From: Octopus vulgaris
Lineage: Eukaryota
Length of the DNA: 64,000 nucleotides
Assembly (NCBI GenBank): GCA_951406725.2
Contig: OX597818.1
Span: 54,374,001 to 54,438,000 of the forward strand
Direction: 5' to 3'
In this document: piece by piece, positions 20,801-38,429 of the stretch
Position numbering within the stretch: position 1 is the first letter of the stretch
Layout of the letters: each line of letters opens with the position of its first letter
Position numbers and translations under genes: made by a program
The notes under the pieces: generated by a model
Database searches by the model: none
Seen by the model: only the letters and a program-made list of their open reading frames with translations
What the model was told of the DNA's origin: nothing

Positions 20801-21122
20801 TACATATCTCAAGCGTTGCTCATTGCAATTCGTGTTGGCCTAACGACCCTTAATGTCTGTCTCCATCGTTTGTCTACTCTGCACGTCCACTGTGTATTCG
20901 TTCGTTCGTTCGTTCGAAGCTCTGACACTCCACAAAGTTCAGGATGCTGCTTATGTTTTATGAAGGTTTCCTACGTTATCGTTAAAAGCATGAAACAGGA
21001 GTAATAAACAGACCGACAACAGATGCGGAGTTATCTTCTTTTGCTAGTTTGTATTTTTCTCTCGTATGTTTACGTGTTTTTCACTCGATGGTGATGCCCT
21101 GTACACAATGTGTATCTTTCAT
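18423..21122. repeat. Tandem unit 3, interrupted by the inverted duplication; unit sequence resumes at ~54940-58410
   Basis: Matches unit 2 to ~21120, with a ~250-bp deletion near 18590. The distal part of a unit reappears at 54940-58410. Confidence 0.85.
19215..20081 (-). CDS. Effector caspase (caspase-3/7-like), copy 3; SWR>SWK and L>P substitutions
   Basis: Open 288-aa frame with THG and QACRG. Has YSWK instead of YSWR and ADVPLAY instead of ADVLLAY. Confidence 0.9.
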   Translation of the reverse strand: MDYVDAQRVEGIFFKERDPDSQPQDVEMESVAKNSESVNTRYDMYRKKENLALIINNESFDESTKMSQRQGSDRDASAIKKTLKSLHFEVIERKNLSVSDMRQIFTEISKREHAKYNCFVCVILTHGEDDNQIYGTDGKLNLNELVQMLLPDRCPGLIGKPKLYFIQACRGTKLDRGVIMHDAQAFRDEYQNVTPLKVPLWADVPLAYSTVPGFYSWKNSTNGSWFIQSLGIILEQDGDRLELQQLMLSVNRRVACEYESNASHSSMNKMKQVPSIVSMLTKELHFYK

Positions 21123-21124
21123 TT

Positions 21125-21195
<71 letters not shown>

Positions 21196-21379
21196 CACAT
21201 ACATATATATATTATATGTAGAAAAATACAAACTGGGACAAAAACGTAAAACATTTAGAAGACGATACAAAAAACACGGTCGGGACATCTATAGAGAAAT
21301 AAATATTTGCACATGCAAAATTTCAGCTAGATCAACCAACTGCAAGTGGGTCAGGGGCATTACGTAATGAACGTCCGCC

Positions 21380-21417
<38 letters not shown>

Positions 21418-21547
21418 CAAATAGAGAAGCACAATAGTTGGTTCATCAACTTTAGGACTTTAAAATGTTAATTGTTTATTAAATTGATAATTATAGTAAC
21501 ATATATATAGCATATTATTCTATGCATATAAAATAGGAATACAAGCA

Positions 21548-21604
<57 letters not shown>

Positions 21605-21720
21605 CGCGTGTGTATGTGTATGTGTGTATTTTATATGTATATAATTGAATAAGTCAGCAAGAAGGAGTACAGTTGGATATTTATTTACAATCCTACAATT
21701 GTTTCTAATAATTGTTTATG

Positions 21721-21761
<41 letters not shown>

Positions 21762-23389
21762 TATTATATATATATATATATATATCTTATAATTAAGGAC
21801 TAAACAAGGTTATTCTAAAGCCAATACACTGATTTATCCACTTATAATCCACTTGTTACAGGAAAATTGAACTGAAAACGGGCAACTAACCTTTAGAAAA
21901 TTTAAATTTCGTTATCTCTGTATTGAATCAATTTCGGAATTAATCTTATAAAGGATACATTCTTCGTCAGTAGAGCTTACGAGGGAATATAAATAAAATA
22001 CTCACATGCGATTATGGAAAAAGCAGAAGCTAAAAACATAACTACATTCAAGTACGTCATTTATATCTAAAAATAAAAATTCCTTGGTTAGCCTCAGAAC
22101 AACGTCTTGACCTTTCACCGCTACATATTGTAATGGTTATCGGTCCCCTTGTAACAAGCAGTGAGTTTACTACTAACAATATAGGATGAAGTCCCTTTCT
22201 CTACAGAAAAGGAATCTATCAGATACATATATATATATATAATGGAGAAAATGTACAAAATGTTTAAGCGGATGATGTGTAAAGCACCGTTACATTTTCG
22301 ATTTCCTTTTGTTATACATAGATATGCTGCAGGGACTTCGTCGTGGCAGTTGGGGTAATAGCATTGATAAAATAGGAGAGGGAATGTGTAAATAGACTTT
22401 ATTGGGTACAACACATGTTTCGACACTTTATGGGTCTCTTCGGGTTCATCAATAAAATGTCTCATTAGAGATTTCTTGAGTCGGCTTACGTATCGCTATA
22501 TATCCAAATTCGAGAATGAGTAAAACCAGAGAAAAATTATTGAAACGCAAAAAATTCAAATATGAACTTGGGAAGTATACATTCTGGTTTAGAGAAAATG
22601 ACGTAATCTGCTATCAGTGTTGTAACTGTTAAGAGAAAGAAAAGGAAGTAGTGAGACTTTTGATAGACGTACCTGAAGAGATCCTGAACGGGTCGAAACG
22701 TATTGTACCCAATAATGTCTATTACACGTTCCATATATTTTATTAATACTATATATATATATATATATAAATGCATATATATGAAATGGTGTACATTAAA
22801 ATCTTCATCACCCTGATGTTATTAATATATATACATATATGTATATATGTGTGTATATATATCTATGTATGTATAACTATGTATGTAGGTTTGTATATAG
22901 GTATGAGCGTAAGTATGTATGTGTGTGTGTTTGTATGAGTTTCTGTGTATATGTGTGTGTGTGTATGTGTGTGTGTGCGTGCGTGCGTGTGTGTGTATTC
23001 GTGTTCAAATCTACATCTGCGAGGCAGGACGCATTGAACAAAAAGCTCGCAATAAAATTATGTCGATTTGTAAGAAATATCTTTTTGTTATTTCTTCCGT
23101 GTAAATTACAAATAAAACTTTTCTGTCATCGGCGTCGTCCTAATTGTAGTTCATTTTTCATTGGTTCATTTTTAACCAGTAATTTTGAAGCATAACATCT
23201 CTTACAAATAACATGATAACGTTCACACAATATATAAAATAAATAAGACGCGGAAGTTGCCATGTGCTGAATGACTTTTGTAGAATCACGTCCATAGTCA
23301 GTGAAATTGACAGCGGAGTGTCCTTAATATTATCAAGTTGTATGGGTACATTTTGTGAAAGTATCAACTTATATCAATCCCCCAGAACA

Positions 23390-23851
23390 TCACTTGGTTC
23401 TGGAGGTGGTCCTTACGTCCTGCAGTAATTTTGGGACCTATACTTTTGTGATCCTTTCTAAAAATTCAGGGAACAATCCGATGGTGCCCATCTGGAAGTT
23501 ATAATTTTCTTCCGGGTTTTGTTTCGACGAGGAGGCTTTCCCTCTTACTTTCGAGACACTACTTTTTGATACACAAAACATTTCGGCTGTTTCCGTTATA
23601 CTAGCACCTGCCATCCGAGCACCGACAATTTTGACCTGTTTCATAGTCCGAGAGATCTGTCATTGCAATAAATTTTAATTACCTTTTTCTTATGATACCT
23701 GAAAAGAAACAGCAATTTTATTAAAACATATTAAGCAACACTAATAACAAATCACAAAGCAAAAAAATAATCAAGCTTTGACGGTTTTATAGATATTTAA
23801 ATATTATGATGCTATGATGCCAGGTGTTTCCATTATTTTGTCCAACCCCTG
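23390..23851 (-). mobile_element. Tc1/mariner transposon 5' fragment
   Basis: TA|CAGGGGTTGGACAAAATAATGGAAACACC TIR; MTDLSD..GQ/IVGARMAGASITETAEMF.VSKSSVSKV N-terminal HTH. Confidence 0.85.
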
Positions 23852-23965
23852 TATATATAAATGTATATATACAGACACACACACACACATATATGTATAT
23901 ATATACAAAATGGGACAAGAACGCAAAACATCTGGACAGTATGTATGTATTCATTATGTACGTAT

Positions 23966-23997
<32 letters not shown>

Positions 23998-24050
23998 GCA
24001 TATGTGTAATAATATATGTGTGTGTGTATATATATGTATATATATATCTA

Positions 24051-24125
<75 letters not shown>

Positions 24126-24173
24126 ATATATATATATTTATCTATCTATCAATCTCTCTCTACATATATATAT

Positions 24174-24239
<66 letters not shown>

Positions 24240-24313
24240 TGATCTTCTGTTTCTGTGCCTTATTTATATATAAAATACGATAATTAGCCGTCATTTTTGA
24301 CGGCACGGAGTCC

Positions 24314-24362
<49 letters not shown>

Positions 24363-24369
24363 CTTATAT

Positions 24370-24624
24370 TTTGTTTTAGTCATTTGATTGCAGCCATGCT
24401 GGAGCACCGCACTTAGTCGAACAATTCGACCCTAACACTTATTTTTTGTAAGACTAGTAGCTATTCTATTGGCCTCTTTTGCCGAACCGCTAAGTTACGG
24501 AGACGTAAACACACCACCATCGATTGTCATGTAATGGTGAGGGGATAAACACAGACACACAAACATATGCATACATACAAATATCTATACACACACGCAC
24601 ATACATTTATATATATATACATAC

Positions 24625-24687
<63 letters not shown>

Positions 24688-24880
24688 TATATGTATATAT
24701 ATGTGTGTGTGTGTGTTTGTGTGTATGTATATGACGACCTTCTAGTTTCCGTCTACCAAATCCACTCACCAGTCTTTAGTCGGCCCGGGGATATCGTAGA
24801 GGACACTTGCGTGAATTACAACGCAGTGAGACTGAACCCGGAACCGTGTGGTTTTAAGCAAGCTACTTATCTCACAGCCA
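24370..24880 (-). mobile_element. tRNA-derived SINE, family A (octopus OK-like), diverged; mirror at 53195-53705 (+)
   Basis: Homologous to 31968-32375, with an internal TA/TG tract. Confidence 0.8.
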
Positions 24881-24890
24881 ACATATATGT

Positions 24891-29320
<4,430 letters not shown>

Positions 29321-29413
29321 ATTAAGAATGAAGCGGAGAATGGGTTGGTAGAAGTTTAAAACTGTCTAGTTTCAAAGAAATTATTTTAAAAATCTTTCGG
29401 TCAAAGTGAAAAG

Positions 29414-29471
<58 letters not shown>

Positions 29472-29489
29472 CATACATACATACATACA

Positions 29490-29521
<32 letters not shown>

Positions 29522-29549
29522 CGTATACTAAATGTGTATAAATCTTTCC

Positions 29550-29795
29550 TTCAATGGATATTTGACATGCAACTGGAGCTAGCCGTGGAACATTACACCA
29601 CCATGCATTTTGAGAGGTAACATTCAACCTTTACATACTCCCCCAGCAACACCAATCTCAAGAAATCTTCTAGTGAATTTGATCTGGGTATTATTGTGAA
29701 CAATGATCTGCGTTGAACAAATCGCATTGTCGCAAAGGCTGAGGGGGTGCTAGCATCACTCAGCAAAACCTTTGTCAGCCGCTCTCCAGCTTTTT
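29550..29795 (+). mobile_element. CR1/L2-type LINE fragment (post-RT region)
   Basis: Translates LKKSSSEFDLGIIVNNDLR*TNRIVAKAEGVLASLSKTFVSRS, like the E.DLG(V/I)..D.L motif of CR1-group ORF2. Confidence 0.6.
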
Positions 29796-29962
29796 TCCTC
29801 TTATCAGATAAGAGTAAAAAACGTTTGATAAGCATAACAAATGCGCAACCGGTAAAAAGAACTTACACCTAATTAAATTACTTAAATTACTTAAATTATT
29901 TTGTCAGCATTTTCTTCATTCCCTTTTTTATATATCACAACTCGTGTTCCACGTCTTCTTTT

Positions 29963-30021
<59 letters not shown>

Positions 30022-30039
30022 ATATATATAAACATATGT

Positions 30040-30155
<116 letters not shown>

Positions 30156-30341
30156 CACAAGAAAACAACAAAAACACGAGGACGCGATACATGCAAGGTA
30201 TTAAAAGATATAGATAAATAGATGGATGGATGGAAACTACATTCTCAGGTAAAAGAAAAATCTTTTAGATTTTAATGTCTCCATGTAACGTTCCGAGATC
30301 GCAAAGTTAATGTTTAAAGAGAACGTTCAAAGTCGTGGAAG

Positions 30342-30342
<1 letters not shown>

Positions 30343-30414
<72 letters not shown>

Positions 30415-30419
30415 TGATG

Positions 30420-30465
<46 letters not shown>

Positions 30466-30473
30466 TGATGATG

Positions 30474-30504
<31 letters not shown>

Positions 30505-30511
30505 TGATAAT

Positions 30512-30564
<53 letters not shown>

Positions 30565-30584
30565 TGATAATAATAATAATGATG

Positions 30585-30624
<40 letters not shown>

Positions 30625-30655
30625 TGATAATAATAATAATAATAATGATAATAAT

Positions 30656-30738
<83 letters not shown>

Positions 30739-30743
30739 TGATG

Positions 30744-30792
<49 letters not shown>

Positions 30793-30794
30793 TG

Positions 30795-30855
<61 letters not shown>

Positions 30856-30860
30856 TGAAG

Positions 30861-30897
<37 letters not shown>

Positions 30898-30899
30898 TG

Positions 30900-30949
<50 letters not shown>

Positions 30950-31005
30950 CATAATCATAATAATAATAATGATAATAATAATAACAATAATAATAATAAT
31001 AATAA
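30343..31005. repeat. (AAT)n/(GAT)n microsatellite
   Basis: Direct inspection. Confidence 0.95.
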
Positions 31006-31249
31006 TATAAAAATTAAATAATACGGCGATTATCTAGTAAAGGGATGGGAATTTTTGTGATATAATTATAAAATAACTAGTAGATATAATTAGTATAATA
31101 AAAGGAAAGTGGTATATTTATTATTAAAAATGTAGAAAAAAAAAGATTGTAAAAGCAGAGAGAAAATAATACTAACAAACAGAAACTAAATAAAAGTACC
31201 GGAACCATGTGGTTGGTTAGCAAGCTACTTACCACACAGCCACTCCTGA

Positions 31250-31445
31250 GGAAAACAAGAAAAATAATGACAGGATCTATGATGCATCACCCAAAATCTA
31301 CTAGGCACTGCACACATCCTACGCAGAACACTTTCCATACAATACCCGTCAGAGCATCACAACAAATCACAGCACATACCCAAGGCACACAGAGCTGCCC
31401 TCGGTAGTGAATTGAAGGCACGATATAAAAAATATGCTACTGAAT
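31250..31445 (+). mobile_element. R4/Dong LINE 3' remnant
   Basis: Mirror of ~46177-46370 with the same internal deletion junction; ends in (AAT)n. Confidence 0.8.
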
Positions 31446-31967
31446 AATAATAATAATATAAAAATTAAATAATACGGCGATTATCTAACAAAGGGATGGA
31501 CATTTTTGTGATATAATTATTAAATAACTAGTAGATATAATTAGTATAATAAAAGGAAAGTGGTATATTTATTATTAAAAATGTAGAAAATAAAAGATTG
31601 TAAAAGCAGAGAGAAAATAATACTAACAAAAAGAAACTAAATAAAAGTACTTAGAGAGAATGTTTATGAAATACAGGGATTGATAAGTATTAAATTTAGT
31701 GGATGGAAATTCATGCAAAAAACCAAGTCTAGGCATAATGCAAGGGAGAGAACAATCTAGAAATTATTATTATTATCTCCCTTCATATGTGCATTGATTT
31801 TGAAAACTCTTGTAGCCTCTCAAAATGCAGATCACCACCACTTTGCAGTTTACTTCTAAGTAAATATTTAAGAAATTCATAAAATGTATGGAGTACAATG
31901 AGAATAATATTAGTATAAATAAAGAAGACAGTTGTCTCATAGGAAAAGAAAGATTTATTAAGATATT

Positions 31968-32375
31968 AGGCGCAGGAGTGGTTGTGTGGTAAGTAGCTTG
32001 CTAACCAACCACATGGTTCCGGGTTCAGTCCCACTGCGTGGCATCTTGGGCAAGTGTCTTCTGCTATAGCCCCGGGCCGACCAATGCCTTGTGAGTGGAT
32101 TTGGTAGACGGAAACTGAAAGAAGCCTGTCGTATATATGTATATATATATATGTGTTTCTTTGTGTGTCTGTATTTGTTCCCCTAGCATTGCTTGACAAC
32201 CGATGCTGGTGTGTTTACGTCCCCGTCACTTAGCGGTTCGGCAAAAAAGAGACCGATAGAATAAGTACTGGGCTTACAAAGAATAAGTCCCGGGGTCGAG
32301 TTGCTCGATTAAAGGCGGTGCTCCAGCATGGCCGCAGTCAAATGACTGAAACAAGTAAAAGAGAAAAGAGAAAGA
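31968..32375 (+). mobile_element. tRNA-derived SINE, family A (octopus OK-like); mirror 45175-45595 (-)
   Basis: ggcgcaggagtggttgtgtggtaag A box, gggttcagtccc B box, internal microsatellite, aagtaaaagag tail. Confidence 0.85.
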
Positions 32376-32499
32376 GATATTAGGAAATAATTGTAACATA
32401 ATTTTGGTATAAGAAAAGGAAGATCATATATTTATCCTTTATAGAGACAGAGTTTCCGAAATATAAAGCTAGATATCCTGGGAGGGAGCCACTCAATTA

Positions 32500-32842
32500 G
32501 AGCGAGCCCAATACGCAACTGATACTTAATATATCACTCCCGAAAAGATGAAAGGAAAAGTCGACCTCGGCGCAGTTTGAACTTGGAACGTAGCGGCAGA
32601 CAAAATACCTATTTCTTTACTACCCACAAGGGGCTAAACACAGAGGGGACAAACAAGGACAGACACACGGATTAAGTCGATTACATCGACCCCAGTGCGT
32701 AACTGGTACTTATTTAATCGACCCCAATTGGATGGAAGGCACAGTCGACCTCGGCGGAATTTGAACTCAGAACGTAACGGCAGACGAAATACGGCTACGC
32801 ATTTCACCCGGCGTGCTAACGATTCTGCCAGCTCGCCGCCTT
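32500..32842 (-). mobile_element. tRNA-derived SINE, family B (octopus OR-like), one full plus one partial copy; mirror 44707-45050 (+)
   Basis: ggcggcgagctggcagaatcgttag ... gagttcaaattcc A/B boxes; same family as 61518-61748. Confidence 0.85.
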
Positions 32843-34493
32843 AATAGGGCTGGATATCAACAATAAAAATATGAACAACATTAAATTAATGATTATAGGT
32901 TCAAATATATAAGTAAATAGAGAATAGATAGTAATATAGGATAAGATTAGTATAATTCAGTATTGTTGAATGGGATAGATTAAAGTATATGACGTAAATA
33001 ATCGGAAAAAAACTATTGATATGCAATCATTAAAATATTGTTTAAAATACATAATTATAGTTATAATACAGGTAGATACGCTAAAAATTACTTTTATACC
33101 TAAATATCTTATAAACATTGTTAGTATTTAAATATGTTCAAAGTATGAATTGTTTTATTGAAGATGATGCAATTGACAATAAAAATAGTTAAATATTATT
33201 ACATGGAGTATAAATGATTATTATTAGTGAAGAAGTGAAATAACAATAAAGCTATCATTTGTATTTATGCAGACATGAAAATCACTCATTTATGAATAAA
33301 TGAATTTATTCATAAATTTATTTATTTATTTATAGATAACATGAAATAATATATATATTATAAAATAAATTACGCGTACATGTTTTAATTTATGAAACAA
33401 TCTATTGTGATATTTGAATTTTTCTATGGTTAAGTAAATTTCTCCATACTATTTTTCTCGTCATTTATAAATTCACACATACTCACACACACAAACACAC
33501 ACACGCACGAACGCAGACACATACACACACACACGCATGCATACTGATGCACAAATATATCTGCATATGTGTACATTTGCATTCTCGTATTTTGAACGAT
33601 GTACATAGATGCCATACTTGGGTATGTGTATGTATGTATGTATGTATGTATGTATGTATGTATGTATGTATGTATGTATGTCAGGTCACTTTCGAGTGCT
33701 ACTGGTAACATGTATTTACTTATATATTTGAACCTATAATCATTAATTTCAAGTTGTTCATATTCTTCTTGATGATATCCAGCTGATATCCAGCCCTATA
33801 TTTTGGAAATTCTGTCTCTATAAAGGATTACAATATGATTTTCTTTTTCTTATACCAAAATTATGTAACAATTATTTCCTAATCTATTAATAAATCCCCC
33901 TTCTCCTCTTAGAAAACCCTCTTATTAATTTATATTCATATTATTCTCATTGTACTCCATACTTTTTATGAATTTCTTAAATATTTACTTATATTTTCAT
34001 GTCTAAAATTTAATATATATCATATTTCTCTTGTTGGTATCCATCCCTGTATTTCGTAAACATTGTCTCTAAATACATTTATTTGGTTTCAGTTTGTTAG
34101 TATTATCGTTTATTTTCTACAGTTTTAGTAATAAATATACCACTTTCCTTTTTTTATACTAATTATATCTACTAGTTATTTTATAATTATATCACAAAAA
34201 TTCTCTTCCGTTTTTATAGATAATCGTATTATTTTATATTAATTTTATTATTATTATCTTCCACAACTTCTAACGTTCTGTTTAAAGATTAACTTTGCGA
34301 TTTTGGAACTTGATGTCGAGACATTAATATGTAACAAAGATTTTAAAAATTTTACCTGAGGATGTAGTTTACAATCAATCAACCATCCATCCATCCATCC
34401 ATCCATCCATCCATCCACCTATCCATCTATCAATCTGTCTCTTTTAATACTTTGCATGTACCCTGTCTTCGCGTTGTTGTTTCTTTTTCTTGT

Positions 34494-34558
<65 letters not shown>

Positions 34559-34732
34559 AAATTAGGGAAAAAAACCCTATTATGCAATTCAAACAACGAT
34601 AGACATAAACCAAATCATAAAGAAAACATAAAATATATTATAAAACATTTATATATATTATATATTTATATTGTGAAATTTGATTTAATACTAAATTGAA
34701 TTTTTCCCTGTATGTTTGGAGTTATACTCCTA

Positions 34733-35432
<700 letters not shown>

Positions 35433-35611
35433 TCTTCCGAAGTGGGCGGATGTGTATTCCCGAAGCTCGTAAGTTTTTACACCATTTCTGCCTGAAACTT
35501 CGGAAAAAGTTTAAATATTTTTGTATATTTGTGTGGCCAAGCCAACTAACTTCTTGTGGAGCTAGTTGGTTAGCCAAATGTTACCCCTATTAGGGGTAAA
35601 AGTTTTGGCAA

Positions 35612-37023
35612 AAATGGCAAACAGTGCTACAGCTCCAAACAAAAGAGGGACTCATGAAAACCAAAGCCATCCCCATTAGAAGAGGAATATTCCAGGGAGA
35701 CACGCTCTCTCCACTCCTTTTCTGCTTGGCACTGTCACCTCTATCTCATATAATAATGACAGAATCTAGGATGCATCACCCAAAATCTGACGTAGATAGA
35801 CTATATATACAACGTATAGAAGGTGGTAGAGGCCTTATACAGCTGGAAAACTACTATAAAATAACCACCATAGGACTGCAAAAATATCTACTTCAGAAGG
35901 AAGGAAAACTGATACAAATAGCGGCAAAACACGAGCAAAACAAAAAACTGTTCTCAGTATTTAAGGAAGCTGACAAATACAAACAAGAAATCATACCACC
36001 TAATAAATATGAAGAAGAAGAAGAAGAAGAAGAAGAAGAAGAAGAAGAAGAAGAAGAAGAAGAAGAAGAAGAAGAAGAAGAAGAAGAAGAAGAAGAAGAA
36101 GAAGAAGAAAAAAACAAAAGCTATAAAACAAATGAAATCCAAACTGAAAATAGAACAGCAACGAACCGTGATAAAACGATGACAAGAAAAGCCTCTTCAT
36201 GGTAAATACTGGACTAAACTAAACGCAAAAGAAATAAACAAAGAAAAATCCCAGCAATGGTTGAAAAGCTCAGGACTCAAAGCAGGGACAGAGGGATTTT
36301 TTATTGCAGCACAAGACCAAAGCCTCCCCACCAGAAATTACCAAAAACATGTAATGAAAAGAAATATAACGAGTAACTGCAGAATATGTGGAGATGGACA
36401 AGAAACAATAAATCATATTATCTCTGGCTGCCCAGTCCTGGCTAAGAAGGAATATATTCACAGACATGACAGAGTTGGAACCTACATACATTGGAAGCTA
36501 TGCCAACATTATGGAATAACAACAGAAAAAAGATGGTATAGGCTCACACCAGAAAAGGTCACAGAAAACGAGAAAGCAACCATATTCTGTGATATAACGA
36601 TACACACAAGTAGAGAAATTAAGGCCAACAGACAAGATATAGTTGTCCGAGATCATGAAGAAAAAAAATGCTTTCTAATTGATGACAATGTGTCTCTAAA
36701 AGAAATGGAGAAACTTTCAAAATACAAAGACCTGGAAATAGAGGTAACCAGAATGTGGAATCTAAAAACAGAAACAATCCCTATCATACTAGGTGCATTA
36801 GGCATGATTAAAAAATATTCAGACAAATACATAACAAAAACACCAGGACTTACAAACACATATAACATACAGAAAATTGCACTACTAGGCACTGCACACA
36901 TCCTACGCAGAACACTTTCCATACAATAACCATCAGAGCAGCACAACAAATCACAGCACATACCCAAGGCACACAGAGCTGCGCTCGGTAGTGAAGTGAA
37001 AGCACGCTATAAAAATAAAACTA

Positions 37024-37030
<7 letters not shown>
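35612..37030 (+). mobile_element. R4/Dong-clade non-LTR retrotransposon, 3' part (RT fragment, zinc knuckle, restriction-like endonuclease)
   Basis: RRGIFQGDTLSPLLF, EGGRGL, AAQDQSLPTRNY, CRIC..ETINHIISGC, RHD and ANRQDIV..KY.DL motifs; 3' end runs into (AAT)n. Confidence 0.88.
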
Positions 37031-37118
<88 letters not shown>

Positions 37119-37128
37119 TAATAATATT

Positions 37129-37220
<92 letters not shown>

Positions 37221-37230
37221 TAATAATATT

Positions 37231-37315
<85 letters not shown>

Positions 37316-37317
37316 TT

Positions 37318-37368
<51 letters not shown>

Positions 37369-37386
37369 TATTATTATTATTATTAT
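37027..37386. repeat. (AAT)n microsatellite at the Dong 3' end
   Basis: Direct inspection. Confidence 0.95.
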
Positions 37387-38429
37387 AATATACGCACACT
37401 AACTAACGCATATATACGTATAAATACATATATGCGGACACACATATAAATATTAATAAAATAAAGAGAAAAAGATTATAAGTCCTGAGTGGTTCTCTCC
37501 CCTTGTGAGAAATTCTCCCATCATTCTATTTCTTATTAATCTCACTTGCTTCGGAAGCATCCGTAGGTGGAAGTACTAACAGTCGCCTGTCGAAATTCTC
37601 ACGTGTGTGTTATACGATGCTAGAATTCTGAATGCTACTAATGGCAATGTACCATGGCGAAATGAAACATATAGGAAATTGATCCCTCCTAAGTCATCTT
37701 GACGTGGAAATACGAAAAGAGTCCTGGAATTCAAACCCGAGAAAAACGCAGTGAGGCATGAATGTAGTTTGTAGAGAAAACGGTAATCGAGCTTACACAA
37801 AGAACTATAAAACAAGGTGAATAAGTACTGGAAAGAATGAGAGGAATAAAATAAGATCCTCCAAAGACTCACAGGATGAAATCTTGAACAGTTAAGAGAT
37901 TTTCCCTCTTGCTTTCATTCAATCTCTTTGACTCTTTGTCTCTCCTCTACTGGACCAAAAACAGAAAATATAGATTGCTCTTGCGTATAACGTAAATTTA
38001 ATTTTAAATTACTCTGAGGATTTCATTGCCTTACCTCTGTCTCTTCACTTTTTGTTTCCACTGTAAAGAGAGAAAAACAACAACAAAAAAAAGACAAAGA
38101 AGAGAAGAAGATCGATCGCATATAGTTCCTAAAATGTTTTAAATGAATATAGACCAACTAGTTTCATAATCCCGGGTTACGTTGCATCGATATGCTCCAA
38201 TGAGAGCGAAATAACGTTATATGCAGGTACAAGGACACCCAAAATGGGAAAAAAAAAAAAAACTATTTTTAAGGAAATATTATTTCATGTTCACTAAATC
38301 ATAGGAAAATGATATCACTCTATAATAATGAGGCAAAAAGATTAAAAATGAAAAAAGAGTGTAAGTCCTGAGCGGTTCTCTCTCTTGGAGGGAAAATTTT
38401 TCCTCCTTTCTATTTCGCAAACTCTCTTT

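Noticed and set aside
21925-21976. Minus-strand CUGACGA...GAAA hammerhead-like motif
   Set aside because: Stem I does not pair and the stem II closing pair is broken; at best a decayed relic.
31968-32040. tRNA gene
   Set aside because: The A/B boxes belong to SINE heads; no complete cloverleaf, and the sequence continues into a repeated SINE body.
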